From positions 2,112,001 to 2,176,000 of the forward strand of contig OZ243972.1 of NCBI GenBank assembly GCA_965214705.1: a stretch of DNA of 64,000 nt, read 5' to 3'. Both the position numbers and the translations under genes were made by a program. Position 1 is the first letter of the stretch; each line of letters opens with the position of its first letter. Origin of the DNA: Alphaproteobacteria bacterium. Lineage in GTDB: Bacteria; Pseudomonadota; Alphaproteobacteria; UBA828. The notes beneath the pieces are model-generated. The model did not search any database, had not been told where the DNA came from, and saw nothing but the letters and a program-made list of their open reading frames with translations. Positions 18,530-28,415 of the stretch are shown here, in pieces.

Positions 18530-20689
18530 CCCAAGTTGGCACTTTTTCCGACCAGCCGAGCCTGTTCGAGCCAGTTTTGCGGCGCTGAACCACTAGATGT
18601 TGGGGTTGGAGGACACCTGAGACCCACATTTGCCATTCGTGGTCCTGGAAGCCAATTGTGGGGCCAGGACTTTGGAGTTGAGTCGATATCCCTCTTGCCA
18701 GATGCCGCGAACGCCGTGTATGCGAAACAGGCATCGCAGAAACGGCGCCGCCATGTACATCAAGGCAACCAGGACACACACCGACAAGGCCGGCCAGCCG
18801 GTCCGAAGCCATCGCCTCGTGCTCGCCCAGCGCGTCGGCGACAAGGTGCGCCACAGGACGCTGCTCAATCTCGGCACCGACTATCCGGTGCCGCGCGAGA
18901 AGTGGAAGGCCGTCACCGAACTCGCCGAGGCGCTGCTTCACGGCAAGCCGCCGCTGTTCGAGGGCGAGGCGGATGTGCGGGCCGCAGCCGAGGACATCGT
19001 CGCCAAGCTCAGGGCCAGGGGGTTCCGCGTCGAGGCGATGCAGGAAGAGGCGCGCAAGCCCGACATCGCCACCGTCGACCTCGATACCCTGGAGCACGAG
19101 AACCCGCGCACGGTCGGCTGCGAGCGCCTGTGCCTCAAGGCCCTCGACGCCCTCGGCTTCGCCGAAATCCTCCACGGCCTCGACATCAAGGGCCGCGACG
19201 GGCGCATCGCCAGCGCGCTGATCGTCGCCAGGATGGTCCATCCCGCCAGCGAGCGTGATACCAGCCGCTGGCTCCGCCACGACAGCGCGGCCGCCGAGCT
19301 CCTGGGCCTGGAGGGCGACCGCAAGGCGCTGCGGCGCAAGACGCTCTACCGCATCGGCGACCTGCTCTGGCGCCACCGCGCCGCCATCCAGCGGGAGCTG
19401 TTCAACCGTGAGCGCGCACTGCTCGACCTGCCCGAGACGATCGCCTTCTACGATCTCACCAACGTCCACTACCACGGCCACACGGGCGGCGAGCTTCCCA
19501 GGTTCGGGCGCTCCAAGCAGAAGCGCGACGACTGTCCCCTCATCACGCTGGCGCTGGCGCTCGACGGCGCGGGCTTCCCGCGCAGTTGCGAGATCCTGCC
19601 GGGCAACGTGAGCGAGCCGGGCACGCTGCACGAGGCGCTGGCGCGGCTCGAGGCGGTGTGCGGCGGCACGGCGCCGAAGCCCACGGTGGTCATGGACGCG
19701 GGCATCGCCACCGAGAAAAACATCGCGTGGCTGGGCGAGCAGGGCTACGACTGGATCGCGGTCAGCCGCGGTGCCAGGCCTGCGCCGCCCGAGGGCGGAC
19801 CCGAGGCCCTGCTGATCACCAGCGCGCGCCACGAGGTGCGGGCCTGGCGGCTTGCCAGCGAGGACGGCGAGGCGCGGCTCTACGTCGTCAGCGAGGGCAA
19901 GAAGAAGGCCGAGAACGCGATCATCGGCCTGAGGCGGAACCGCTTCGAGGCGGCGCTGGAAAGGCTCCACGGCGGCCTCCCGGTCAAGGGCCGCCTCAAG
20001 CGCTACGACAAGGTGCTGGAGAGCATAGGCCGCCTCAAGCAGCGCTTCTCCGCCGTCGCCAGGCACTACGAGATCACGGTCGAGAGGGCGAAAACCGGCC
20101 CCAATGCCACCGCCGTGCGCTTCAAGCGCAGGCCGCGATACGACGAGGCCGATGAGGGCGCCGGTGCCTATGTGCTGCGCACCAGCCACGTCGACTGGGA
20201 CATCGAGACGGTCCTGCGGACGTACTGGCGGATCACGGATATCGAGGCGACATTCCGGAGCCTGAAATCCGAGCTCGGCCTTCGCCCGATCTGGCACCAG
20301 CTCGACCGGCGCATCGCGGCCCACCTGCTGATCGCCGTGCTGGCCTACCACGCCGTGCATCTGATCCGTACCCGGCTGGCCGCGCGCGGCATCCACAAGT
20401 GCTGGGCGTCGATCCGCGAGAGCATGCGGACCTGGGTGCGGATCACCACGCGCCTGCGCCAGACCGACGGCACCTTGATCGTCAACCGCCAGGACACGCG
20501 CCCGGCCGCCGAGGTTGCCGCAATCTCCTCGGCGGCGGGCGTGGACCCCGCCATCCACCGCACGAGGACCCGTCTGATGAGCTGACAGAATCTCACAAAA
20601 TGTGGGGCCATGTTGGAATCGACCGAGAAAAATATCGCGTTGAATCAAACCAATAGGGAACACAGGCAGCGGAAAAGTGCCAACTTGGG
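18530..20689 (+). mobile_element. IS1634-family insertion sequence, copy 1 (2160 bp)
   Basis: IR CCCAAGTTGGCACTTTT; TSD ACGA. Confidence 0.9.
18753..20585 (+). CDS. IS1634-family DDE transposase
   Basis: FYDLTN, FGRSKQKRDD, VVMDAGI, IEATFRSLKSELGLRPIWH. Confidence 0.88.
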   Translation: MYIKATRTHTDKAGQPVRSHRLVLAQRVGDKVRHRTLLNLGTDYPVPREKWKAVTELAEALLHGKPPLFEGEADVRAAAEDIVAKLRARGFRVEAMQEEARKPDIATVDLDTLEHENPRTVGCERLCLKALDALGFAEILHGLDIKGRDGRIASALIVARMVHPASERDTSRWLRHDSAAAELLGLEGDRKALRRKTLYRIGDLLWRHRAAIQRELFNRERALLDLPETIAFYDLTNVHYHGHTGGELPRFGRSKQKRDDCPLITLALALDGAGFPRSCEILPGNVSEPGTLHEALARLEAVCGGTAPKPTVVMDAGIATEKNIAWLGEQGYDWIAVSRGARPAPPEGGPEALLITSARHEVRAWRLASEDGEARLYVVSEGKKKAENAIIGLRRNRFEAALERLHGGLPVKGRLKRYDKVLESIGRLKQRFSAVARHYEITVERAKTGPNATAVRFKRRPRYDEADEGAGAYVLRTSHVDWDIETVLRTYWRITDIEATFRSLKSELGLRPIWHQLDRRIAAHLLIAVLAYHAVHLIRTRLAARGIHKCWASIRESMRTWVRITTRLRQTDGTLIVNRQDTRPAAEVAAISSAAGVDPAIHRTRTRLMS

Positions 20690-20932
20690 ACGAGAGGCGA
20701 AGTTGAGCTATGTGGAAAGTGCGCTGATGTCAGCGTCAGGCGGCATCCACCGGCAGCAGAGTTGCGCATAAAATCGACGCTCGCGCCGGTCTTTCGGCAG
20801 GCATGCGGGCGCACGCTGCGAGGACTGAGCGGGGTGTGAGCCGAGGGCTGTCAGCCCGGCTCAAGCGGAGACAGGTTCGGTCGTGCGTCGGCGCTTTGGC
20901 GCCGTTGCGCGGGGCCGAAGCGAGCGGGCGTC

Positions 20933-22174
20933 TCACGGTTTCCCCCTGTGGGTCGGCGGCAGCGCCGGCGGGCCGCGCGTCGAGCGGGGCTCATGGCGGC
21001 GGCGGATTTCGCGGACGAGGCGCATGACGCCGCCGCAGTGGGGGCAGGCCACGGGCGCGGTGCCGATCTCGGGCTCTTCGTCGGGCTCGGCCTGAGCGCC
21101 GTCCACGCTTCCCTCGGGGGCGGCGCAGCCGAGGGCGCCGAGAGCCTGGCGTGCTCTCTCCAGCGTGCTGGCGCGGCAGCCGTTGGCGAGGATGCCGAAG
21201 TAGCGAATGCGGTGCATGCCGTCCGGCAGGACGTGCCTCAGGAAGCGGCGGATGAACTCGTCGGCGCTCACGGTGGCGATGCCGTAGCGCGGCTTTCTCT
21301 GCCCCGGCGCCTTGGGCTTTCGGTGGCGGAAGGAGACCGTCTCGCCGTCGAAGGAGACGATGCGGCTGTCGGAGATGGCGATCCTGTGCGTGTAGTGCGA
21401 GAGGTACCGGAAGACCTGCTCAGGCCCGCGGAAGGGCCGCTTGGCGTAGACCACCCAGTCCCTGGCCCGGGCGGCGGCAAGCGTGGCGTGGAACTCGCCG
21501 GGATTGGCGAGGTGGGCGAGGGTGCCGTGGAACTCCAGGTCCCCCCGGCCGTGGGCGCGGGCGAGCTCCTCGAGGAAGAGGCGGCGGAACAGGCTGCCGA
21601 GGACCTTGACGGGGGCGAGGAAGGTGGTGCTCCCCGTCTTCCACTCGCCACTGTCTACGTCGAAGCCCGCGTTGGGCACGACCACGTGCAGGTGCGGGTG
21701 GAAGCGGAGCTTCTGATCCCAGGTATGGAGGACCGCGGTGCCGCCGATGCGCATGCCGCCGTGGCGGGGATCGGCGGCGATGGTGCGCAGGGTCTCGGCG
21801 ACGGCCCGGAAGAGGATGTCGAACACCACCCTGCGGTTGCAGAAGGCAATGGCGGCAACCTCCTTGGGCAGGGTGAAGACCACATGGAAGTAGGGCACCG
21901 GCAGGATGTCCCCGGCGCGCTCCTCGCTCCAGAGGTTGGCGGCGAGACCCTGGCAGGTGGGGCAGTGGCGGTTGCGGCAGGAGTTGAAGAGCGGATGCTC
22001 GCGCCCGCAGCCCTCGCAGGCGTACATGTGGCCGCCGAGCACGGCGGTGCGGCACGCCTCGATGGCGCCCATGACCTTGAGCCGGGCGGCGTCGATGCGC
22101 CCTTTGTGGCGCTCACGGAAAGCGGCGCCGGCGCGGCGGAAGATCTCCGCCACGCCCGCGCGTTCGGCCTCCAC
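20933..22174 (-). CDS. IS91-family HUH/Y2 transposase
   Basis: Identical protein to copy 2. Confidence 0.93.
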   Translation of the reverse strand: MEAERAGVAEIFRRAGAAFRERHKGRIDAARLKVMGAIEACRTAVLGGHMYACEGCGREHPLFNSCRNRHCPTCQGLAANLWSEERAGDILPVPYFHVVFTLPKEVAAIAFCNRRVVFDILFRAVAETLRTIAADPRHGGMRIGGTAVLHTWDQKLRFHPHLHVVVPNAGFDVDSGEWKTGSTTFLAPVKVLGSLFRRLFLEELARAHGRGDLEFHGTLAHLANPGEFHATLAAARARDWVVYAKRPFRGPEQVFRYLSHYTHRIAISDSRIVSFDGETVSFRHRKPKAPGQRKPRYGIATVSADEFIRRFLRHVLPDGMHRIRYFGILANGCRASTLERARQALGALGCAAPEGSVDGAQAEPDEEPEIGTAPVACPHCGGVMRLVREIRRRHEPRSTRGPPALPPTHRGKP

Positions 22175-22180
22175 GCGCCG

Positions 22181-23059
22181 TCAGTTGCGCAACGCTGCGA
22201 AGCCTGAGATCGGGTGGTCGAGGCCCTCGAACATCTTGCCGGTGACGCGGGCGTAGTGACGGGTCGTGTTCGCGCTTCGATGGCCGAGCATGTCCCGGAT
22301 CACCTCGATATCGCCGCCGCGCTCGAGGAGATGGGTCGCCGCCGAATGGCGCAGGCAATGGAAGGTGTAGCTGCGGTCGAGCTCGGCAATGTCGCGCGCC
22401 CTCCTGAAGGCGGCCTGCAAGGTCTCCGTTGCGATGGGCCTGTCGAGCGAGACGCCGTAGAAGAGCCAGCTCGTCGGACGCGGCCAGATGTTCCTGTAGT
22501 AGACGCGCAAGTAGTGGATGACGATGTCCGGCAACGGTGCCATTCTCTCGGTGCCGCCTTTGCCGGAGGGGATGTGCAGCAGCTTCTTCTCCGACAGGAT
22601 GTCGCCGACCTTGATGGCCAAGGTCTCGGAGATGCGGAGCCCGCCGCCATAGCCGGTGACAATGGCAGCACGGTGGCGGAGGTCGGGTGTCGCAAGGATG
22701 AGGTGCTCGACCTCCTGCTCCGACATGTAGCGCGGCAGCTTGCCGGGCTTCTTGCGGGAGCGCAGGCCGGCGACATGGTCAGGCCAGCCGAGTGTGTCGA
22801 TGTAGAGGAAGTTCAGCGCGGCGAAGGAGACGTTGGTCGTGCCCGGACTGAGCCCCTTGTCGATCCGCCCCAGGTACCACTGGCGCACCTGCTCGGCGTC
22901 GAGCTCGTCCGGCGAGGCGTCGTAGTACCTGGCCAGGTTCTTGATCTCGCAGATGTAGGCCTTGGACGTGCTCGCGGCCAGATTGGCGATGCGGAGCTGC
23001 TCCTCCATGCGCTGGCGAAGAGGGGTGACGGTGTTCGTGTCGCACGCGGTCCCGGTCAT
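22181..23059 (-). CDS. Tyrosine recombinase/integrase (N>S variant)
   Basis: Same as the other copies except PTSW versus PTNW. Confidence 0.92.
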   Translation of the reverse strand: MTGTACDTNTVTPLRQRMEEQLRIANLAASTSKAYICEIKNLARYYDASPDELDAEQVRQWYLGRIDKGLSPGTTNVSFAALNFLYIDTLGWPDHVAGLRSRKKPGKLPRYMSEQEVEHLILATPDLRHRAAIVTGYGGGLRISETLAIKVGDILSEKKLLHIPSGKGGTERMAPLPDIVIHYLRVYYRNIWPRPTSWLFYGVSLDRPIATETLQAAFRRARDIAELDRSYTFHCLRHSAATHLLERGGDIEVIRDMLGHRSANTTRHYARVTGKMFEGLDHPISGFAALRN

Positions 23060-25521
23060 TATCGATCTCCCTGGATCGCGACGGCGCGCCGCCGGACCGA
23101 TCCGGCGACGGTCCGTCGCAGGGGTCGATGCTAACCACTGGTGATCGGGAGGCTGCTGGGGATCCGCCACCCGACGGGCGGAGCGCCACTGACGCAACCG
23201 GGAAGCGAACGCACAGAACAAACGGCACCCGCGACGCCTCGGAAATGAATGAACTCTACGCCGCTAACTCCGCGTAGCGGCTTCGTTCAAATGATGCTGG
23301 GGGTGATCAGATGACTGGGTAATGAGAAAACCGATGGCGGCGTCATCCGGCTCGGCGAGCCGCTCGGCCACTGCGTTGAGTGCCCGGGCGGACAGTGCGG
23401 CCGTGTCGGCATGAGATGCGACGAAGGTCGGATCGGAGCAACCGGGCTCGGGCTGGCGGAGGTCTTCAACGGCGTCCGATGTCCAGAAAGCCCTGGCCCA
23501 CTCGTCCAGCCAGTCTCGGGTCACTGCGGTCACTCCGAGACGCCGATGGACGTCAAGAGGCCCAGCCTGGTATCTAGGAGGCGCGATGACTGCAACGGCG
23601 TGTTGCGCAGTGGCGCTCATCATCACCGAGGCGACCGGAACGCGACGCTGGTGGTCCTTGAGTACAGCCTCGAGCTTGCTCTTGACCCTCAGGGACGCGG
23701 TCGCGTCGATGACTACGTCGACATCGCTATCCCAGTCGGATCCGGCCAGCGTCCGACTGATGATGTTCTCCCACTTAGTCTCTACTGCAACCTTGGGGGC
23801 GATCGATTGCACCCTCCGCGCGAGTGCGGCGACCTTCGTCTCGTTGGTGTCTGTTGCCGAAAAGTTTTGTCGCACGAGCACGCCCGGGGTGACACGGGCC
23901 CAGTCGTAGAGCGCGAGATGGGCGACCCCGGCTCGTGCGAGATGCTCCGCGATGAGCCCGCCGATCGCTCCACAGCCCCAGAGCGCGACCCGCTTGCCTC
24001 GAAACCAGTCCATCGGCGTACCCTCGTCTCGGCGAGTGACGATTTCGGGCCGGTTCTCGATCGCGCGGCACCACCGCACGCGGGCATCGCGACGCCATTG
24101 AAAGAGGATTTCCCATATGGAGTCGATCACCTCCTGAATGGCCGCCGGGGTATCTTGGTCCTTGTAGCGGTTGCTGAATTGGCAGGCGATGGAGGCCGCG
24201 CGCAGTTTGGCGACGTCGGCCGTTTCGATTTCCCAGAAGGTTAGGTGCTGGCGTCGTTGTTCAACATCGCCGGCGATGCCGCGCGAGGGAGCGCCTATTC
24301 CGACATACATGGGCGAGTCGGCCGGGACACGCTCGGAGGCAAGCATCAGGTGCGCGAGCAGGCGATAGCCGAGATTGCCGCGGCTCTCGAGATAATGGAG
24401 GAAGTAATCGACGGTTCGGGGATATTCGAACGGAAGCTCGAAGTCGAGTAGCGCCGCGGGCGCAACGAGCAGGTCGTTCGGGATCTCGTGGATGGGCAGC
24501 CAAGCGTTGACCTGGAGTAGGTCGAGCTTGGACTGCGAGAGTACGGCAGCGCCGAACCATGGCCAAGTATCACGGCCTGGCGTATCGGCATTCACGCAGA
24601 TCGCGGTGGAGGCAACCGTATAGGCGACGGGCGGATGCAGTGGTCCTTCGGGGTCGTCGAGCTCGTTGCGGGCGCCGCGTCGAAACCACTCGTCGAGTTG
24701 GGCCAGGAATCCGAACATGCCCTGCGAAGGAATCCACTGCGTCTCGGTGGACAGGTACACGCACAGACGATGTCCCCACTGAACGTGGCCAAAGCCGTGA
24801 AATCGGGTATGGGCGGTATCGACGGCTGGCGGCGTGAAGGGGAAATCCGCCGGGACCGACAGCGTTACGCTCTCACGATCGTGCAGAGGAAGGCCACCCT
24901 CGACGCGCTCGTAACGAGTGCAATCGAGGGTGATATCGATGTTCAGGGAAGCGCCGGGGGCCGTTTCTTCGTCGATACCGACAATCCGGACGGGAGAACG
25001 GTCGGTTTCGGCGATCCGTTGGAGCTGTGCGAGCGCAATCAGTTGTCCTTCACTGACGGCCACGACCGAATCCGACTGCGACGGCGGGGGCGGCGGCGGC
25101 CGCGCCGGCCCCTTTCAGCGCGTCGCTCATGGGCTTGCTCGCTTCGCTCTCGCCGATATGCGCGAAGCCGTTTTGGCCGACCTCGAAGATGATCGGCTCG
25201 GGATTGTCCTCGTCCGGATGCTCGTGTGTGCACAGGAACGCGTTGGGGACGATGCGCTCGTACTGTCTCTTCGCCTTGGCGTGGGGCGGGTTGTCGCCAG
25301 GATCGTTTCGCGCCGGGACCGGGTCCGAGCTCGAGACAACGTAGCCGGGGTCGAGGGCAGCATTGCCGATGTCGCGGACCATGTCGGACTTCAGGGTCTC
25401 GTCGTCCTGGTCCTGGTCCTTCCAGTACATGGCCGACTTGGAGCAATGATGGGGTGCAAGCAGGGCATTCCAGGCCAGCGTTGCGTCCTCGCTGCGGTCG
25501 AAGATGCGGCGAATAACGGGA

Positions 25522-25688
25522 AAGGCTTATCCCTCTGGCTCCGGTTCCCCAACATGTTGTACCGGCCACCTCGGCGGCGGTATCCGACACGGTCGCAGTT
25601 CCTTCCGTGTCTCAATGGGTTGCCCGTAAAGTGCCCAGCGATCCGGCACCCCACATATGGAGAAGCCGGATGTAAGGGGATAAGCCTT
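25522..25688. mobile_element. 167-bp MITE with IS1595-type ends
   Basis: Bounded by AAGGCTTATCCC and GGGGATAAGCCTT; no ORF. Confidence 0.8.
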
Positions 25689-25689
25689 T

Positions 25690-27188
25690 GAGCCTCTTGC
25701 AAAATAGCTGAGTCGAGTTGCTCTTCTGCCTGAGTGAAGGCCTTTGCGGTGGGACCGGCCCACCCTCGTGAGTATCATGTGCTGCGCTAGCGCAAAACAC
25801 CGCATGATGACCACGGAGGAGTGGAGCCGTGTCCCTGCGCGAGATGCTATCGGATTACTGGTACGCCTTTCAACAAGAGTTATTCCCGAGGCTCGAGAGC
25901 GAGCTTGGCCCGATGGGCGAGCGCTACGAGCTGTTCGTCGCGGTTCTGGAACTGGTGCGGGTCGAGGCTCTTCTGCCCTACTTCCGCGGCCAGGTAGGGC
26001 GGCCGGAGGAGGACCGCGCGGCGCTGGCGCGCGCCTTCATCGCCAAGGCCGTGTTCGACGTTCCGACGACGCGCGGCCTGATCGAGCGTCTTGAGGTTGA
26101 CGGCAGGCTATGCCGGCTGTGCGGCTGGAGCGGTGCCGGCCGGCTTCCGAGCGAGGCGACGTTTTCGCGGGCCTTTTCCGAGTTTGCCGAGAGCCGTCTT
26201 GCGAACCGTCTGCATGAGACGTTGATTGCGCGGACGATGGATGGCCATCTTGTCGAGCACATCTCGCGGGATGCGACGGCGATCGAGGCGCGGGAGAAGC
26301 CGAAGCCGAAGGCAGCGAAGCCGAAGCGGCGCAAGCGGGGGCGGCCACGCAAGGGAGAGGCGCGGGCGAAGGAGCCGAGCCGGCTGGAACGGCAACTGAC
26401 GATGAGCCTTCCGCAGATGCTGGCAGACCTGCCGAGGGCCTGCGATGTCGGCAGCAAGCGCAACGCCAAGGGCCATACCACCTCCTGGATCGGGTACAAG
26501 CTGCACGTCGATACCGCCGATGGCGGGATCCCCATCAGCTGCATCATGACGTCTGCGTCGACGCATGACTCCCAGGTGGCGATTCCGTTGGGAACCCTGA
26601 CGGCCGGGCGGGTCGAGAACCTCTACGACCTTATGGACGCGGCCTATGATTCCATCGAGATCTGGGCGCACAGCATCTTGCTGGGCCACAAGCCGATCAT
26701 CGACGTGAACCCCCGCCGCTCGGTCGAAATGCAAGAGGCGTTGAAGCAGGAGAAGAAGGCGCGGCGCACGCTCGGCCTCGTCTTTCCCGAGGAGCGTCGT
26801 TACGTCGTGCGCTCGGGGTCCGAGCGGATCAATGGGCGGCTCAAGGATGAGTTCGGCGGCCGCCATGTCCGCGTGCGCGGGTACGACAAGGTTCTCGCCC
26901 ACCTCATGTTCGGCATGACCGTGCTGACGGCCAGCCAGCTGATGCGCCTTATCGTTCCGCCGATCTAGTCCGGCTCCTCTCCTTCGCCATCACCGCAGCC
27001 GCACTTCCTGAGAGGCGGAGCGGCCAAACGCGCCTGGAGTTCGGCGAAAATACCGAATCGGAGGCAGCGCCAACGCTGATCCGACCATGGTCGCGATCAA
27101 AATCGCGCCAATTGCCGTGCGCCGACGTCGCTGCTAGCTTGGGTGTTCTTGCGCCGCTCCGAGTCGATCAGAGTTTTGCAAGCGGCTC
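25690..27188 (+). mobile_element. Insertion sequence, IS5/IS1182-like DDE (family uncertain)
   Basis: IR GAGCCTCTTGCAAAA / TTTTGCAAGCGGCTC; TSD CTTT. Confidence 0.85.
25829..26968 (+). CDS. DDE transposase
   Basis: SRDATAI, GYKLHV, LMDAAYD, ERINGRLK motifs. Confidence 0.88.
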   Translation: MSLREMLSDYWYAFQQELFPRLESELGPMGERYELFVAVLELVRVEALLPYFRGQVGRPEEDRAALARAFIAKAVFDVPTTRGLIERLEVDGRLCRLCGWSGAGRLPSEATFSRAFSEFAESRLANRLHETLIARTMDGHLVEHISRDATAIEAREKPKPKAAKPKRRKRGRPRKGEARAKEPSRLERQLTMSLPQMLADLPRACDVGSKRNAKGHTTSWIGYKLHVDTADGGIPISCIMTSASTHDSQVAIPLGTLTAGRVENLYDLMDAAYDSIEIWAHSILLGHKPIIDVNPRRSVEMQEALKQEKKARRTLGLVFPEERRYVVRSGSERINGRLKDEFGGRHVRVRGYDKVLAHLMFGMTVLTASQLMRLIVPPI

Positions 27189-27476
27189 CTTTGGGAGAAA
27201 TATCAGAAAAATGGTGATGTGAACTACACCGGAAAATTGGACGAATTCTTGAAAGATCATTCAACAGATTTCGTCGAATTGAGGTAAAGGCTTCTCCCCT
27301 TGGTTCCGGTGACGCAAGATGTTGATCGTCGCCGGCATCGGCGCGCGTCGCACGCGTGATATCTTGGACTGGCGAGAGCGCTGCCCGGCCCCGTCACGCG
27401 GTGCCGGAGTTCGGTATAATGACTCCGAGACAGCCGGAATGGCTGGCTGCGGCACGGTGTTGACCGGCCGGTGGGA

Positions 27477-28415
27477 TCAGGCGCGTTGTTCGACGAAGTC
27501 GCGGTAGCTGGAGGGTTGAAGGCCGGCGCCGATGCCGAGCAGGGTGTCGAAGGCGGCGTCGGTGTGGCGGCGTCGGTTCCTACGGAAGACGAACTCGTCG
27601 AGGTAACGGCGCAAATGGGCGCGGCGCAGGCCGTGAAAGGTGCCGAGCGCCCAGCGTTTCAGGTTCGAGAAGACGCGATGGGTCCACTTCAGCACGAGAT
27701 GGGCGGGCGTGTCGCCGACGATCCTGGCCTCATGGTCGTGCCCGGACAGGCCGGGATAGCCGCTCCAACCGTCGGTGATCACCAGCGCGCCCGGCGCCGA
27801 GGTGGCGGCAACGAAGGCGTGCAGGCTGAGCGCGGAGTAATCCACGATCGGCGCGAGGCGGATGCGGCGCGGCTCACCCTCGGGAGACAGCTCGACCGCT
27901 CCGGCGATGAGCATCTTGCCTTGCGCGCTGCGGCCTTGCCCGCCGGTGGGCGGGTCTTGCGCGGTGCGCTGCGGCAACGAGGCTTCGTCGATCTCAACCA
28001 GATCCTCAAGCAGGCTGCGGTCGGGATCGACCATGGCGCGACGCAGCTTGTGCAGCAGCAGCCACGCACTCTTGTAGCTGCCGAGCCCGAGCTGGGCCTG
28101 GAGTTGCAGGGCGGAGATGCCGTTCGAATGGCTGGTCACCATATGGATGGCGGTGAACCAGGTCTTCAGCGGCAGGTGGCTGCGATGCATGATCGTGCCC
28201 GCGGTCACCGACGTCTCCTTGCCGCAGCCCGCACATTCCCAACTCGCCCTGCGACGCTTCAACTCCCAACCCTTGTCATGGCCGCAAGCGGGGCAAACGA
28301 AGCCGTCGGGCCAACGCTTTGCCGCGAGGTGTCTGGCGCAGGCCTCTTCATCGGGGAAGCGCGCCTCGAAGGCAGCGCGGGACATCGGGCGGTCGTGCTT
28401 CCAGCGGCTCGGCAT
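27477..28415 (-). CDS. IS1595-family (ISXO2-like) transposase
   Basis: CPAC...CAGC zinc ribbon, VEIDE, TDGW, YLDEFVFR; element spans 27287-28497. Confidence 0.9.
   Translation of the reverse strand: MPSRWKHDRPMSRAAFEARFPDEEACARHLAAKRWPDGFVCPACGHDKGWELKRRRASWECAGCGKETSVTAGTIMHRSHLPLKTWFTAIHMVTSHSNGISALQLQAQLGLGSYKSAWLLLHKLRRAMVDPDRSLLEDLVEIDEASLPQRTAQDPPTGGQGRSAQGKMLIAGAVELSPEGEPRRIRLAPIVDYSALSLHAFVAATSAPGALVITDGWSGYPGLSGHDHEARIVGDTPAHLVLKWTHRVFSNLKRWALGTFHGLRRAHLRRYLDEFVFRRNRRRHTDAAFDTLLGIGAGLQPSSYRDFVEQRA

Larger units (their letters stand above)
18461..23290 (-). mobile_element. Tyrosine recombinase + IS91-type transposase element, copy 4, with a nested IS1634
   Basis: 4830 bp = 2666 + 2160 + 4-bp TSD; same termini as the other copies. 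Confidence 0.95.
16733..25063 (-). pseudogene. E2-E1(ThiF)-JAB-patatin fusion gene (1166 aa restored), split by element copy 4
   Basis: 25063-23291 joins in frame to 18460-16733 (...HPQHH|FRFSPDIRWVADGLDFRMSANAW...). E2 HVQWGHRLC; E1 GCGAIGG, RQNF, EPGCSDPTF; JAB ETGG and WHSHP...S..D; patatin SGGGSRA, GVSGG, DGG. Confidence 0.9.

Noticed and set aside
18063-20663. 866-aa ORF (and the 743-aa ORF at 35808-38039)
   Set aside because: Antisense to the IS1634 transposase and crosses element junctions
16733-25063. Calling the locus CBASS
   Set aside because: No CD-NTase motif is visible anywhere in the window; the partner gene is an MBL
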